Shown: in pieces, positions 20,851 through 31,362 of the stretch
Layout: each line of letters opens with the position of its first letter
Position numbering within the stretch: the first letter of the stretch is position 1
Assembly (NCBI GenBank): GCA_965226495.1
Contig: OZ245365.1
Location: 1,088,001-1,152,000, forward strand
Direction: 5' to 3'
Origin: Candidatus Marinacidobacterales bacterium
Lineage (GTDB): Bacteria > Acidobacteriota > Vicinamibacteria > Marinacidobacterales > DATDRI01
Length of the DNA: 64,000 nucleotides
Position numbers and translations under genes: made by a program
The notes under the pieces: generated by a model
Database searches by the model: none
Seen by the model: the letters and a program-made list of their open reading frames with translations, nothing else
Told to the model about the DNA's origin: nothing

Positions 20851-21034
20851 GAATAACCGCTCTTGGCCGTTAGCCGCCGGTCGGGCCTTGATCCTTGAGT
20901 GACTGCTACTGGTGAAAGCAGACGTTCAGAATCCAAGTTCTCGAAAACTCACCAACGAACGACCCGCTATACACTCGAAAGCAGCCGCCCAGGGTGTAAG
21001 ATGCTGACTGGCTGCTACTGACCCAAAGCGGACC
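20851..21034. repeat. Array of four degenerate palindromic units (C(T/C)GCT-N7-10-AGC(A/G/C)G) spaced ~45-60 bp
   Basis: CCGCTCTTGGCCGTTAGCCG, CTGCTACTGGTGAAAGCAG, CCGCTATACACTCGAAAGCAG, CTGCTACTGACCCAAAGCGG. Confidence 0.6.
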
Positions 21035-21048
21035 TATGTATATTTGCG

Positions 21049-21335
21049 TGAAGAGCAAAGACCTTTTTGAGTGACGAACGCATCGCTCGGCTCAATTCGT
21101 TTCGACATAGCGGCTTTTCCGTCGACCCATCCGTGACCGTTTGGCCTCAGGACACCGAAGGGCTCGAGCGCCTCTGCCGGTACCTACTTCGCTGCCCCTC
21201 AGCCTGTCTTGCATCCACTGGACACCGGGCTCTAAGACCCTCTTCTATGAAGCGAAAGGCTCCCATGACGACCCCCTCGCTTCTCATCCGCAAGGCGAGA
21301 CCCTCGATGTCTTCGAGTTCCTGGCCCGAGTCCTC
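21049..21335 (+). mobile_element. Second IS91-family transposase fragment
   Basis: LSDERIARLNSFRHSGFSVD...GLERLCRYLLRCP. Bases 21174-21335 are near-identical to 17867-18029. Confidence 0.85.
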
Positions 21336-21712
21336 CATGTCGATGCGGACGAAATTCGAGTGCTCATGCGCGAAGGCAGCCAGGCGGCGGATATTCTGGT
21401 AGCAGAACTCTTTGTCGATCTTGAGCCCGAGATGAGTCGGCTTGACGTGGATGTTGCTGTCCAGTTTGTCTTGGCCGATCCGGGTAAGAACGTCCTGGTA
21501 GTCCTTGGCCGCCGCTTCGGCTCTTCGCGACGCTCCACGAACTCACCGAGCATGCCGCTGGCCGCCATGAAGCCCTCGCTGTTTAATGAATGCACCACAC
21601 GTACCTGGTCCTCGAGCGTTTCGCCCGCGATATAAGAGCGAGCGAAATGTCCAACCAACGGTTTCGGGACCAGGGGAAGGGAAGATGCGATGAGGCGATC
21701 GAAGAGGCTCAT
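21324..21712 (-). pseudogene. Partial duplicate of the proline dehydrogenase 5' region (frameshifted)
   Basis: Near-identical to 13894-14283 with scattered SNPs and a 1-bp deletion. Joined to the IS91 fragment. Confidence 0.92.
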
Positions 21713-21746
21713 GCGTGCGAATGAGAAGTTAACATAGGGCAAAAGC

Positions 21747-21781
21747 AAAAAAAAGAGCCCACCGTTTCCGGCGGGCTCTTC
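21747..21781 (-). terminator. Rho-independent terminator (copy 2 of 3)
   Basis: Same AAGAGCCCACCGTTTCCGGCGGGCTCTT hairpin plus A-run on the plus strand. Confidence 0.8.
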
Positions 21782-21801
21782 GGGCTAGAGAATCCTTTTG
21801 T

Positions 21802-21918
21802 CTAGACGTCGATCTTCTCGTTGTGAGAGAAGCCAATGACACGAGTGCCTCCGAAGGTCTCCTCGAAAGCCAACTTGTAGCCAATAGGCTCCAAGGCCTT
21901 GGAGTAGAACGCTCTTTT
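21802..21918 (-). pseudogene. VOC/glyoxalase family fragment fused to a copy of the last codons of the radical SAM gene
   Basis: Manual translation: KRAFYSKALEPIGYKLAFEETFGGTRVIGFSHNEK-IDV*. The IDV*/downstream DNA matches 22741-22783. Confidence 0.55.
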
Positions 21919-21951
21919 CGATGTCGTTTACACGCATGGTCAGATGGTCAA

Positions 21952-22584
21952 TCATCTTGCTCTCCCCACTCGTTGATTAATATATTTTGCCCACGCCTGG
22001 TAGGTCTTCGGGGCATCGATCTCCTTCAACTCATTCCAGGCCTCAATCATCTGTTTCCTGTCCGCCTTCTTGTTTGCCTTCAGGAAATCCGCAACGAAGT
22101 TGTTGTATCGGCCATGTGTTGTGCGAAGAGGCTTTCTCGGCCCCTTATTGAGTTTGACGAAGTGTTTGACCAGGTCGCCGTACGTTATCTTGTTCCCCTT
22201 GGCAATTTGCTCTTCTCGCCATCGGTTGAGTGGATAGCGAGTACCCGATTGCAGCGTAAAACTGGGGTCCATCTTCTTGGCTTGCTTCAAAAGAAACTCT
22301 TTTGTCTCCTTGTCGTTGGTGTAGTTCTCAATTCGACGATTGAGCTTCAGTCTTTTTTTGGTGTCTCTGGAGCCCAGACTGCGTGAGCTTTGTTTGCGGG
22401 GAGATTTGAGTTTGCCTGTGCGGAGGAAAGTCTTGATAGTTTTTTCGAGTTCATCCTTTCGAAGCTTGCTCGAAGACGGAATGCCCAAATTGGCAGCAAA
22501 TCTCTTCAGTTCTATTGCGTACCAATATCCGTTGTCGAATTGGACTTCGGTCATTGCTTCTGACAGTTTGGTTTTCTTAGCCAT
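21952..22584 (-). CDS. Basic SAP-domain/DUF6434-like putative nucleic-acid-binding protein
   Basis: FDNGYWYAIELKRFA..LGI.....LRKDELEK.I..FL.TG, ITYGDLV, YNNFVADF. Lys-rich and lower GC than flanks. Confidence 0.65.
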   Translation of the reverse strand: MAKKTKLSEAMTEVQFDNGYWYAIELKRFAANLGIPSSSKLRKDELEKTIKTFLRTGKLKSPRKQSSRSLGSRDTKKRLKLNRRIENYTNDKETKEFLLKQAKKMDPSFTLQSGTRYPLNRWREEQIAKGNKITYGDLVKHFVKLNKGPRKPLRTTHGRYNNFVADFLKANKKADRKQMIEAWNELKEIDAPKTYQAWAKYINQRVGRAR

Positions 22585-22714
22585 CACCCTCACGACGTGT
22601 TCAAATGTGGTTCAAGCACCTCTAGGCCAATGACAGTCGATTCAAGAGTGGTCGATTTGCATATCGTTTGGGAAGGGCTTTCCCGTTCCTGTAATGAGAA
22701 GTTAACACAGGGCG

Positions 22715-22749
22715 AAAAAAAAGAGCCCACCGTTTCCGGCGGGCTCTTC
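22715..22749 (-). terminator. Rho-independent terminator of the radical SAM gene (copy 3 of 3, native position)
   Basis: Hairpin plus T-run about 20 bp downstream of the TAG at 22770. Confidence 0.85.
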
Positions 22750-22769
22750 GGACTAGAGAATCCTTTGGT

Positions 22770-24854
<2,085 letters not shown>

Positions 24855-24886
24855 GAGAAACTCCACCTCTTTTGGTTATAGGGCGG

Positions 24887-24936
24887 TTATGGTTGGGGGC
24901 GTCTGGGAAATAAGTTGTTTCCCCCCACCAACATAA
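24887..24936 (-). promoter_or_regulatory. Stem-loop in the 5' leader of the tes-like gene
   Basis: Minus strand TTATGTTGGTGGGGGGAAACAACTTATTTCCCAGACGCCCCCAACCATAA has outer and inner complementary arms. Confidence 0.45.
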
Positions 24937-25185
24937 ACGAACATATGAAGTGACACGCGATACAGAATAGGGGAGTCGAGCCGTGCAAGCTACCAGAAAT
25001 GAACGAACTAGCCGGAATCCGGATTGTAAGGGCCTCGGGGGCCATTGAACGGTCCCCAAAGGCCGGGAAGCGCGCGTCTCGGGCCAAGAAGTGCTTTGTT
25101 TGCCTGCCTTTAGAGCCGTCGGGAATTCCCCGCGACCGGGCGGTCAGTCCGCAACTGCCTGTATCGATTCGAGTTATGGGTGCAG

Positions 25186-25791
25186 CTAATGTAGGGTGCT
25201 ATGTCCTTCGACTCCCATGTCGCTGGGGATCACGTTCCTATTGATGTGGTTATCCAGATTGATCACGTACGTCTCTTTGGCCTCAATTAGGGTCGGGGAG
25301 TGGGTGGCGGCGATGATCCGGAAGTTCTTCTGGTCCACGAGCTCCAAGAGCATCTTGAGCACGCGCCTCTGATTGGACGTCGAAAGCGCCATTTCTGGTT
25401 CGTCGAGGAGGAGCACCGTGCCATCCGGCAATTTGGGAAAGCTCTCCTTGAACAGGGTCAACATCACTTGGCCATGGCTGGCCATTTCAAGAAACTCTTT
25501 CATTTCCGGCTGGTCTTCGAAGAAGCCGAGTTGGTTGCGCGGGTTGTGCTGCTCAGCATCGAACAAAAAAGTCTTCGTGGCATTGATGCCCTCGAGCTCG
25601 GCTTTGTAGACATACCCGTCGGCCTGTTCCCCCTTGAAAGCCAAATACAAAGAGTGGAGGAGTGTCGATTTCCCGGATGCGTTCTCTCCCTGGAGGAGGA
25701 TCAGAGGATGAGACAGGTCCACGATCATGGGCATGTGGAAGCCGAGATCGGTAAACACCGGGTGGGCTAAGATTTTGAGATGCATGTTCAT
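25186..25791 (-). CDS. Stand-alone ABC/AAA_21-type ATPase
   Basis: Walker A GENASGKST, SHGQ signature-like motif, Walker B LLLDEPE, and ATHSP H-loop. Confidence 0.85.
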   Translation of the reverse strand: MNMHLKILAHPVFTDLGFHMPMIVDLSHPLILLQGENASGKSTLLHSLYLAFKGEQADGYVYKAELEGINATKTFLFDAEQHNPRNQLGFFEDQPEMKEFLEMASHGQVMLTLFKESFPKLPDGTVLLLDEPEMALSTSNQRRVLKMLLELVDQKNFRIIAATHSPTLIEAKETYVINLDNHINRNVIPSDMGVEGHSTLH

Positions 25792-26135
25792 GATAAAGCG
25801 TTCTCCTTGTCGGGGCTCTCGGTTGGTCGCCGGCTTGCCGCCAGCTTGCCGCGAGGCTTGCAGCCGACCCCATACTGTACATTATTAGGTGCTGGCCGCA
25901 ACACCGACGCCTGGCTACATCCGGTTGTAGCACCGTCCTATTTTGGCGTCCGAAAGCGCTTGCATCGCGTCTGGCTAGGTCGATAGCGGCAACCGCCTCG
26001 ATTGACGCCGAGCGCGGGCAGCGCTCGTTCCACAGGCGCTGCCACTGGCGGGAGGTCGAGAATCCGTTGTGCTAGGATGGGGGCGTCCTCGGTAGGCGGG
26101 GAGGTTTCCCCCTAAGGAGTTTTCAAAAGAAGTCG

Positions 26136-27143
26136 ATGAGCGTCAAAGAAAAGAGTCGGTTCGTTTCCTTTCTGCAAGAACACAACCAACAGACTTGGAA
26201 CGAAGCATTGAGTAGCCTCGTTCCTTCTATTCATCCCGTCGACCGGACCGCCGCCCGCATCTGGTTCGGCTTCTGGCCCCTCGAGCTCCAGGAATCGCTC
26301 GGCGAGTCTGCCGGACCTGAGGAGATGGCGCGAGCGATGGATCTGGAAGGGAAGTGGCAACTCGAAGAACAGGTCGACGCGTCCGTGGACTTTCTCTACG
26401 GCTCGCGGTATTGGGCGGCTGTCAAGAAGGCGGTTCTCGCTCAGGCCGAAGGTTACGACAAGCCGGAGGGCAAGAGCCTCGAACAGCGCATTCGAGAAGT
26501 CGCGAGCCGTGTAGCGTCCCAGGAAAAGACCAAGGAATCGACCGTTCTAGGCGTTACTGCGGTTGCGTTCATGATCTTGCAGCAAGTAGGGATGGAGTCC
26601 TTTGCCGCAGTTGCCGAAAAGCCCGCTCCCCCCGCTCGCAAAACTTGGGCATCCCGCACGCCTGACGAAGTCGTTAAGAAGCGCGAAAAGAAGCGTGGGG
26701 GAGGGTTGATCGGATTCCTGAAGGGGTTGGGGCAGAGCTATCGGGTGGTTTGGGACGAGAGCAAGGGAGACGGGTTCTTTCAAGCCCGACACGGACAAGA
26801 CTTGGCTATGGCCGCCGCGACCGATACGCGCGACTACCGGGCGATGGATTACCGCTGCGTCGACGGGCCGATCCCCGTGGAGTGCCGGGTTGCATCTTGC
26901 GGATATTGTTGGATCGGCGTGATCCAGGGGAACAGCAACTTGTCCGACATCTCCGACTTCGAAAAAGGGCGGTTGAACTACTTCGGATACGACGCGGTCA
27001 ACGGTGCCGACGACTCGAAGCCTCTGATTCGCCTTGCGTGTCAAAGTCAGTGCCTGGGAGACGTCACTGTTGTGACGCCACCCTGGAACGGCGAGCTAAA
27101 GCGGCGCCATGACAAGTCCCGCGACGAGCTCGGGACCGCCTGA
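26136..27143 (+). CDS. Protein with unknown N-terminal domain and C-terminal 2Fe-2S ferredoxin-like domain
   Basis: ECRVASCGYC (C-x4-C-x2-C) and a distal RLACQ. Confidence 0.8.
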   Translation: MSVKEKSRFVSFLQEHNQQTWNEALSSLVPSIHPVDRTAARIWFGFWPLELQESLGESAGPEEMARAMDLEGKWQLEEQVDASVDFLYGSRYWAAVKKAVLAQAEGYDKPEGKSLEQRIREVASRVASQEKTKESTVLGVTAVAFMILQQVGMESFAAVAEKPAPPARKTWASRTPDEVVKKREKKRGGGLIGFLKGLGQSYRVVWDESKGDGFFQARHGQDLAMAAATDTRDYRAMDYRCVDGPIPVECRVASCGYCWIGVIQGNSNLSDISDFEKGRLNYFGYDAVNGADDSKPLIRLACQSQCLGDVTVVTPPWNGELKRRHDKSRDELGTA

Positions 27144-27177
27144 CAGCCTGAGAGGCTGACAGGCTGACAACCTGACG
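27138..27177. repeat. Octamer tandem repeat (G(C/G)CTGACA)x5, degenerate
   Basis: GCCTGACA GCCTGAGA GGCTGACA GGCTGACA ACCTGACG, overlapping the TGA stop. Confidence 0.8.
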
Positions 27178-27239
27178 CTCCCTTTCTTGACGCTAGCTCC
27201 GTAGGGCTCCCTGTAATAAAGTAGGCCTCACGGTTTCCC

Positions 27240-28007
27240 ATGGCAGAAGAACCCAAGCTCGCCCTGTTCGTCGACCTCGAGAACATCGCCCTCGGTGTGA
27301 GGGACGCGACGCCCAAGGGCAAAGGCTTCGAGATCCATCGAATTCTGGAGCGGCTCGTCGAAAAGGGCAAGATCATCGTCAAGAAGGCCTATGCCGACTG
27401 GGGAAGCTACCGAGATTTCAAGCGTCCCTTTCACGAAGCTGGCATCGAGCTCATCGACATCCCGCAACGACGCTACAGCGGCAAGAACAGCGCTGACATC
27501 AAAATGGTGGTCGACGCCATCGACCTGTCATACTCAAAGGAGCACGTTAACTACTTCGTGATCGCCTCGGGAGACAGCGACTTCGTCCCCTTGGTGTCCA
27601 AGCTCAAGGAAAACGACAAGACGGTGATCGGCGTGGGAGTTAAGAACTCTACGTCCGAGCTCTTGGCTTCGAACTGTGACGAGTTCATTTATTACGACGA
27701 TTTGGTAAGGCAAACGCCTCGCGAACTCCCCCGCATGGCCAAGCTCCCCAAGAAGAAGCAAGAATGCTTCAAGCTGGTCTTGGACGCTATCGAAGCTCTG
27801 GAGCGCGAAAACAAGGAAGTGATCTGGGGGTCGATGGTCAAGCAGACCATCAAGCGAAAGAATCCATCCTTCAGCGAGTCCTACTACGGCTATAGTCGGT
27901 TCAATAGTCTGCTCGAAGACGCGGCGCGGTTGGACCTCATCAAGATCAGCAAAGACCAGAAGAGCGGTACCTATATTGTTGCCGGTCTTGGCGAGGAAGT
28001 CGCCTAG
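27240..28007 (+). CDS. NYN (LabA/DUF88 PIN-like) domain protein with C-terminal OST-HTH/LOTUS
   Basis: LFVDLEN, KAYADW, GKNSADIKMVVDA, SGDSDF, CDEFIYYD, P.FSESYYGY..F..LL. Confidence 0.92.
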   Translation: MAEEPKLALFVDLENIALGVRDATPKGKGFEIHRILERLVEKGKIIVKKAYADWGSYRDFKRPFHEAGIELIDIPQRRYSGKNSADIKMVVDAIDLSYSKEHVNYFVIASGDSDFVPLVSKLKENDKTVIGVGVKNSTSELLASNCDEFIYYDDLVRQTPRELPRMAKLPKKKQECFKLVLDAIEALERENKEVIWGSMVKQTIKRKNPSFSESYYGYSRFNSLLEDAARLDLIKISKDQKSGTYIVAGLGEEVA

Positions 28008-28178
28008 GTCCGACGCTTATGCCACTTTGATTAGTGGCTACTTCCCATTTTGGTGTCCGCACGGACACTGGGCTAGTTAATGGCACGCCGCATTTTAAGT
28101 CCACCCGAACAGCCGGTACGATCGGTCGCTATCTGCACAAAGACGGGTAACAGATTAGAAATCTAACGGTAGAAGCCC

Positions 28179-29837
28179 ATGACAAAGCCGGTTCTGCTCA
28201 CCGTCGATGACGATGTCGATGTGCTCGCCGCCGTCGCGCGGGACCTGCGTACGCGCTACGGCCGGGACTACCGCATCCTGCGGGCGGACTCTGGGATTGG
28301 CGCTCTCGAGCTCCTCGGCGAACTGAAGGAGCGGGGGGAGCCAGTTGCGCTCATGCTCTCGGACCAACGCATGCCGAAAATGGACGGGGTGGCATTCTTG
28401 TCCGAGGCGAAGAAGTTGTACCCCAAGAGCAAGCGGGCGTTGCTTACAGCCTATGCCGACACCGAGGCGGCGATTGGAGCGATCAACGAATCGCAAGTGG
28501 ATTACTACCTATTGAAGCCATGGGACCCCCCGGACGAAAAACTCTACCCCGTGCTCGACGAAATGCTCGACGGGTGGCGTGCAGGCTTTCGACCTGGCTA
28601 CGGCGGCGTTCGCGTCGTCGGGGAACGATGGTCGGCACGGTGCCACCGCATTCGCGACTTTCTTGCGCGCAATCAGGTTCCGTACCGCTTCCTTGACGTG
28701 GAATCCTCGCTAGAGGCGGGCGAGCTCGTGTCGGATCAAGGCGGCGATGCGTCTAACCTGCCGTTTGTCGTGCTGCCGGGCGGGGTGAGACTCGCTCGGC
28801 CCGAGCTAGCAGAGATTGCGGAACATATCGGCCTGAAGACGAAGGCCAAAGAAAACTTCTACGATCTCGCCATCGTCGGTGCCGGTCCCGCAGGTTTGGC
28901 ATCGGCGGTCTACGGCGGCTCGGAGGGACTGCGCACGGTGCTCATCGAGCGAGAGGCTCCGGGAGGACAGGCTGGGACCAGCAGCAAGATCGAGAACTAC
29001 CTTGGTTTTCCGTCGGGGATCTCGGGCGGCGATCTCGCCCGGCGCGCGGTCGATCAGGCACGCAGATTCGGTGTCGAGATCCTGACGCCGCAGGAGACCA
29101 CCGCTCTCAGAGTCGAGGGACCTTACAAGCACTTGACGCTTTCCGACGGATCCGAGATTTCCTGCCACGTCCTCATGCTCTCCATGGGGGTGTCATGGAA
29201 CCTGCTCACCGCCGCCCGCGCGGACCGTTTCACTGGTGTGGGAATCTTCTATGGCGCGGCGATGATTGAGGCTCCCCACGTCAAGGGGCAGACCATCTGC
29301 ATCGTCGGTGGAGGAAATTCCGCCGGCCAGGCCGCGATGTACTTCAAAGATTACGCCGACGAAATCGTGATGATCCTCCGCGGCAGTTCTCTGGGCGCGA
29401 AGATGTCGCATTACCTCGTCAACCGGATCGAGTCTACCGAGAATATCCAGGTGCGACTGAACACCGAGATACGAGCCTGCCACGGGGGTGAACGGTTGGA
29501 AGCTCTGGAGCTCCGGGACAACCAGACCGGGAATACCGAGGTTCTGGCGACCGGCTATCTGTTTGCATTTCTTGGAGCCACGCCCCGTACCGGATGGTGC
29601 GACGGCAACGTGGCCTGCGACGCGCGCGGGTTCATTCTCACCGGTCCCGATCTGGACGCCGCCACGCACCTTCGTGACTGGCCCCTCGAAAGATCGCCCT
29701 ATCTCCTAGAGACGAACATGCCCGGGATATTCGCCAGCGGGGACGCGCGACACAATTCCGTGAAGCGTGTGGCGTCGGCGGTGGGCGAAGGTTCGGTCGC
29801 TGTCTATTTCATGCACGAGTTTCTGGCTGCCCGCTGA
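28179..29837 (+). CDS. Receiver domain / glutaredoxin-like domain / thioredoxin-reductase-like FAD oxidoreductase fusion
   Basis: VDDD, SDQRMP, YYLLKPW receiver motifs; GAGPAG, IENYLGFP, GGGNSAGQAA, GD.R..SVKRVASAVGEG. Confidence 0.9.
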   Translation: MTKPVLLTVDDDVDVLAAVARDLRTRYGRDYRILRADSGIGALELLGELKERGEPVALMLSDQRMPKMDGVAFLSEAKKLYPKSKRALLTAYADTEAAIGAINESQVDYYLLKPWDPPDEKLYPVLDEMLDGWRAGFRPGYGGVRVVGERWSARCHRIRDFLARNQVPYRFLDVESSLEAGELVSDQGGDASNLPFVVLPGGVRLARPELAEIAEHIGLKTKAKENFYDLAIVGAGPAGLASAVYGGSEGLRTVLIEREAPGGQAGTSSKIENYLGFPSGISGGDLARRAVDQARRFGVEILTPQETTALRVEGPYKHLTLSDGSEISCHVLMLSMGVSWNLLTAARADRFTGVGIFYGAAMIEAPHVKGQTICIVGGGNSAGQAAMYFKDYADEIVMILRGSSLGAKMSHYLVNRIESTENIQVRLNTEIRACHGGERLEALELRDNQTGNTEVLATGYLFAFLGATPRTGWCDGNVACDARGFILTGPDLDAATHLRDWPLERSPYLLETNMPGIFASGDARHNSVKRVASAVGEGSVAVYFMHEFLAAR

Positions 29838-29844
29838 CGTTCCC

Positions 29845-31257
29845 ATGAAGTTCACAGTAGACGAATTGCGTCCACTGAAGATTTTCGAAGGGTTGTCCGA
29901 CAATCAGCTCGCCTGGTTCGGCGAGCACGGCGCGAAGCTAGAGCTCGTTCCCGGCGATCGCATGCTCGAACGAGGTCAACCCGCCGATTTCATGTTCGTT
30001 GTCGTCACGGGTTGCATCGAAGGCTATGAGGAGGTCGGAGGGCAGTGGCTGCTCGTAGCCACAACGGAACGGGGGCAGGTAACGGGCATGCTCCCCTTTT
30101 CGCGGATGACCCATTATCCCCGCTACGCCGTCGCGGCCGAGCCTTCCCAGGTGCTTCGCGTTAAGAAGAGCGACTTCCGCGAAATGTTGGACGTCGGCTG
30201 GGACGTCGTCCAGCGGCTTGTCGCGCAGATGTCGGATCGCGTGCGCGGAGATGTTCGTCTCGAGCAGCAGCAGGAAAAGCTGATGGCCTTGGGCAAGCTC
30301 TCCGCTGGTCTGGCGCACGAGCTCAACAACCCGGCCGCCGCCGTGCGGCGCGCGGCCGCCTCGCTCTCCGAGCACCTCGCGAAACTGCCGGCTTGTCTCT
30401 CCGGGCTGGCGGGCGCGCACCTGGATGAGGTAGCGATCGGCGCCATCCAGCAACTCCCGGCGCTGCTCCGGGAGCGTGAAGCCGTCGTGCTTTCACCGCT
30501 CGAGCGGGCCGAGCGGGAAGAGGATCTCGCCTCTTCGCTGGAAGATTGTGGAGTCGCCGACGGCTGGCACATCGCTGGGACGTTCGCCGATGCCGACCTG
30601 ACCGTCGAGGATTTGGAGACTTTCAGAGGCAAAGTTCCGCCGAATGCCCTCGGCGATGCGCTCGTCTGGCTCGAGTGCGGGCTCGCAGCAGAGCGGGTGG
30701 TAGCCGAGATCGCATCCTCTTCGGGGCGGATCTCCGCGCTAATTGCTTCCGTCAAGACGTACTCGCACATGGATCGCTCGGGCGAGCACAAACTCACCGA
30801 CGTCCGGGAGGGGCTCGACAACACGCTCACGATGCTCCGCCACAAGATCGAGAAGAAGAACATCCGACTGGCGCGTGACTACCAGGAGGACCTGCCGAGG
30901 CTCACTGGCAATGCCGGTGAGCTCAACCAGGTCTGGACCAACCTTATCGACAACGCAGTGGACGTCATGGAGGAGGGCGGTGAACTTCGCATCGAGGCGA
31001 AACAAAAAGACACGGGCGTCGTGGTGAACGTGATCGACGACGGTCCCGGTATTCCGGACGATCTACGCAACCGTATCTTCGACCCTTTCTTCACGACGAA
31101 GGCAGTCGGCGAGGGCACGGGGCTAGGTCTAGACATCGCGCTGCGCATCGTCAGGACCCACCGGGGCCGCATTGACGTTCGCTCGAGGCCTGGTCGTACC
31201 GAGATGCGTGTGTACGTACCTGTCAGCAGTCGCAACGACCCGCCCGAAAGCGGGTAA
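29845..31257 (+). CDS. Cytoplasmic histidine kinase with N-terminal cyclic-nucleotide-binding domain
   Basis: cNMP-like N-terminus, AGLAHELNNP H-box, NQVWTNLIDNA, DDGPGI, FDPFFTTK, GTGLGL. Confidence 0.92.
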   Translation: MKFTVDELRPLKIFEGLSDNQLAWFGEHGAKLELVPGDRMLERGQPADFMFVVVTGCIEGYEEVGGQWLLVATTERGQVTGMLPFSRMTHYPRYAVAAEPSQVLRVKKSDFREMLDVGWDVVQRLVAQMSDRVRGDVRLEQQQEKLMALGKLSAGLAHELNNPAAAVRRAAASLSEHLAKLPACLSGLAGAHLDEVAIGAIQQLPALLREREAVVLSPLERAEREEDLASSLEDCGVADGWHIAGTFADADLTVEDLETFRGKVPPNALGDALVWLECGLAAERVVAEIASSSGRISALIASVKTYSHMDRSGEHKLTDVREGLDNTLTMLRHKIEKKNIRLARDYQEDLPRLTGNAGELNQVWTNLIDNAVDVMEEGGELRIEAKQKDTGVVVNVIDDGPGIPDDLRNRIFDPFFTTKAVGEGTGLGLDIALRIVRTHRGRIDVRSRPGRTEMRVYVPVSSRNDPPESG

Positions 31258-31362
31258 GGGGACGGATCGGAACTTGTATCTCGTGAGCCTGCTGACCGCG
31301 TGTCAGCTCAATCATGGCAAAGGGGATTTTGGCGGCCGCACGGAGACCTGTACACTAAAGAC

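Noticed and set aside
20851-21034. CRISPR array or integron attC array
   Set aside because: Units are too divergent for CRISPR repeats, there are no cas or intI genes, and canonical attC core sites are not evident. Kept only as an unexplained palindrome array.
25186-28007. ATPase plus NYN as an anti-phage defence system
   Set aside because: They are not adjacent or co-oriented. The NYN-LOTUS protein is a common housekeeping-type family, and the ATPase has no partner nuclease.
28021-28105. Small hairpins GCCACT..AGTGGC and GTGTCCG-CA-CGGACAC as a tRNA or att remnant
   Set aside because: No cloverleaf, T-loop or CCA, and no integrase nearby. Insufficient support.
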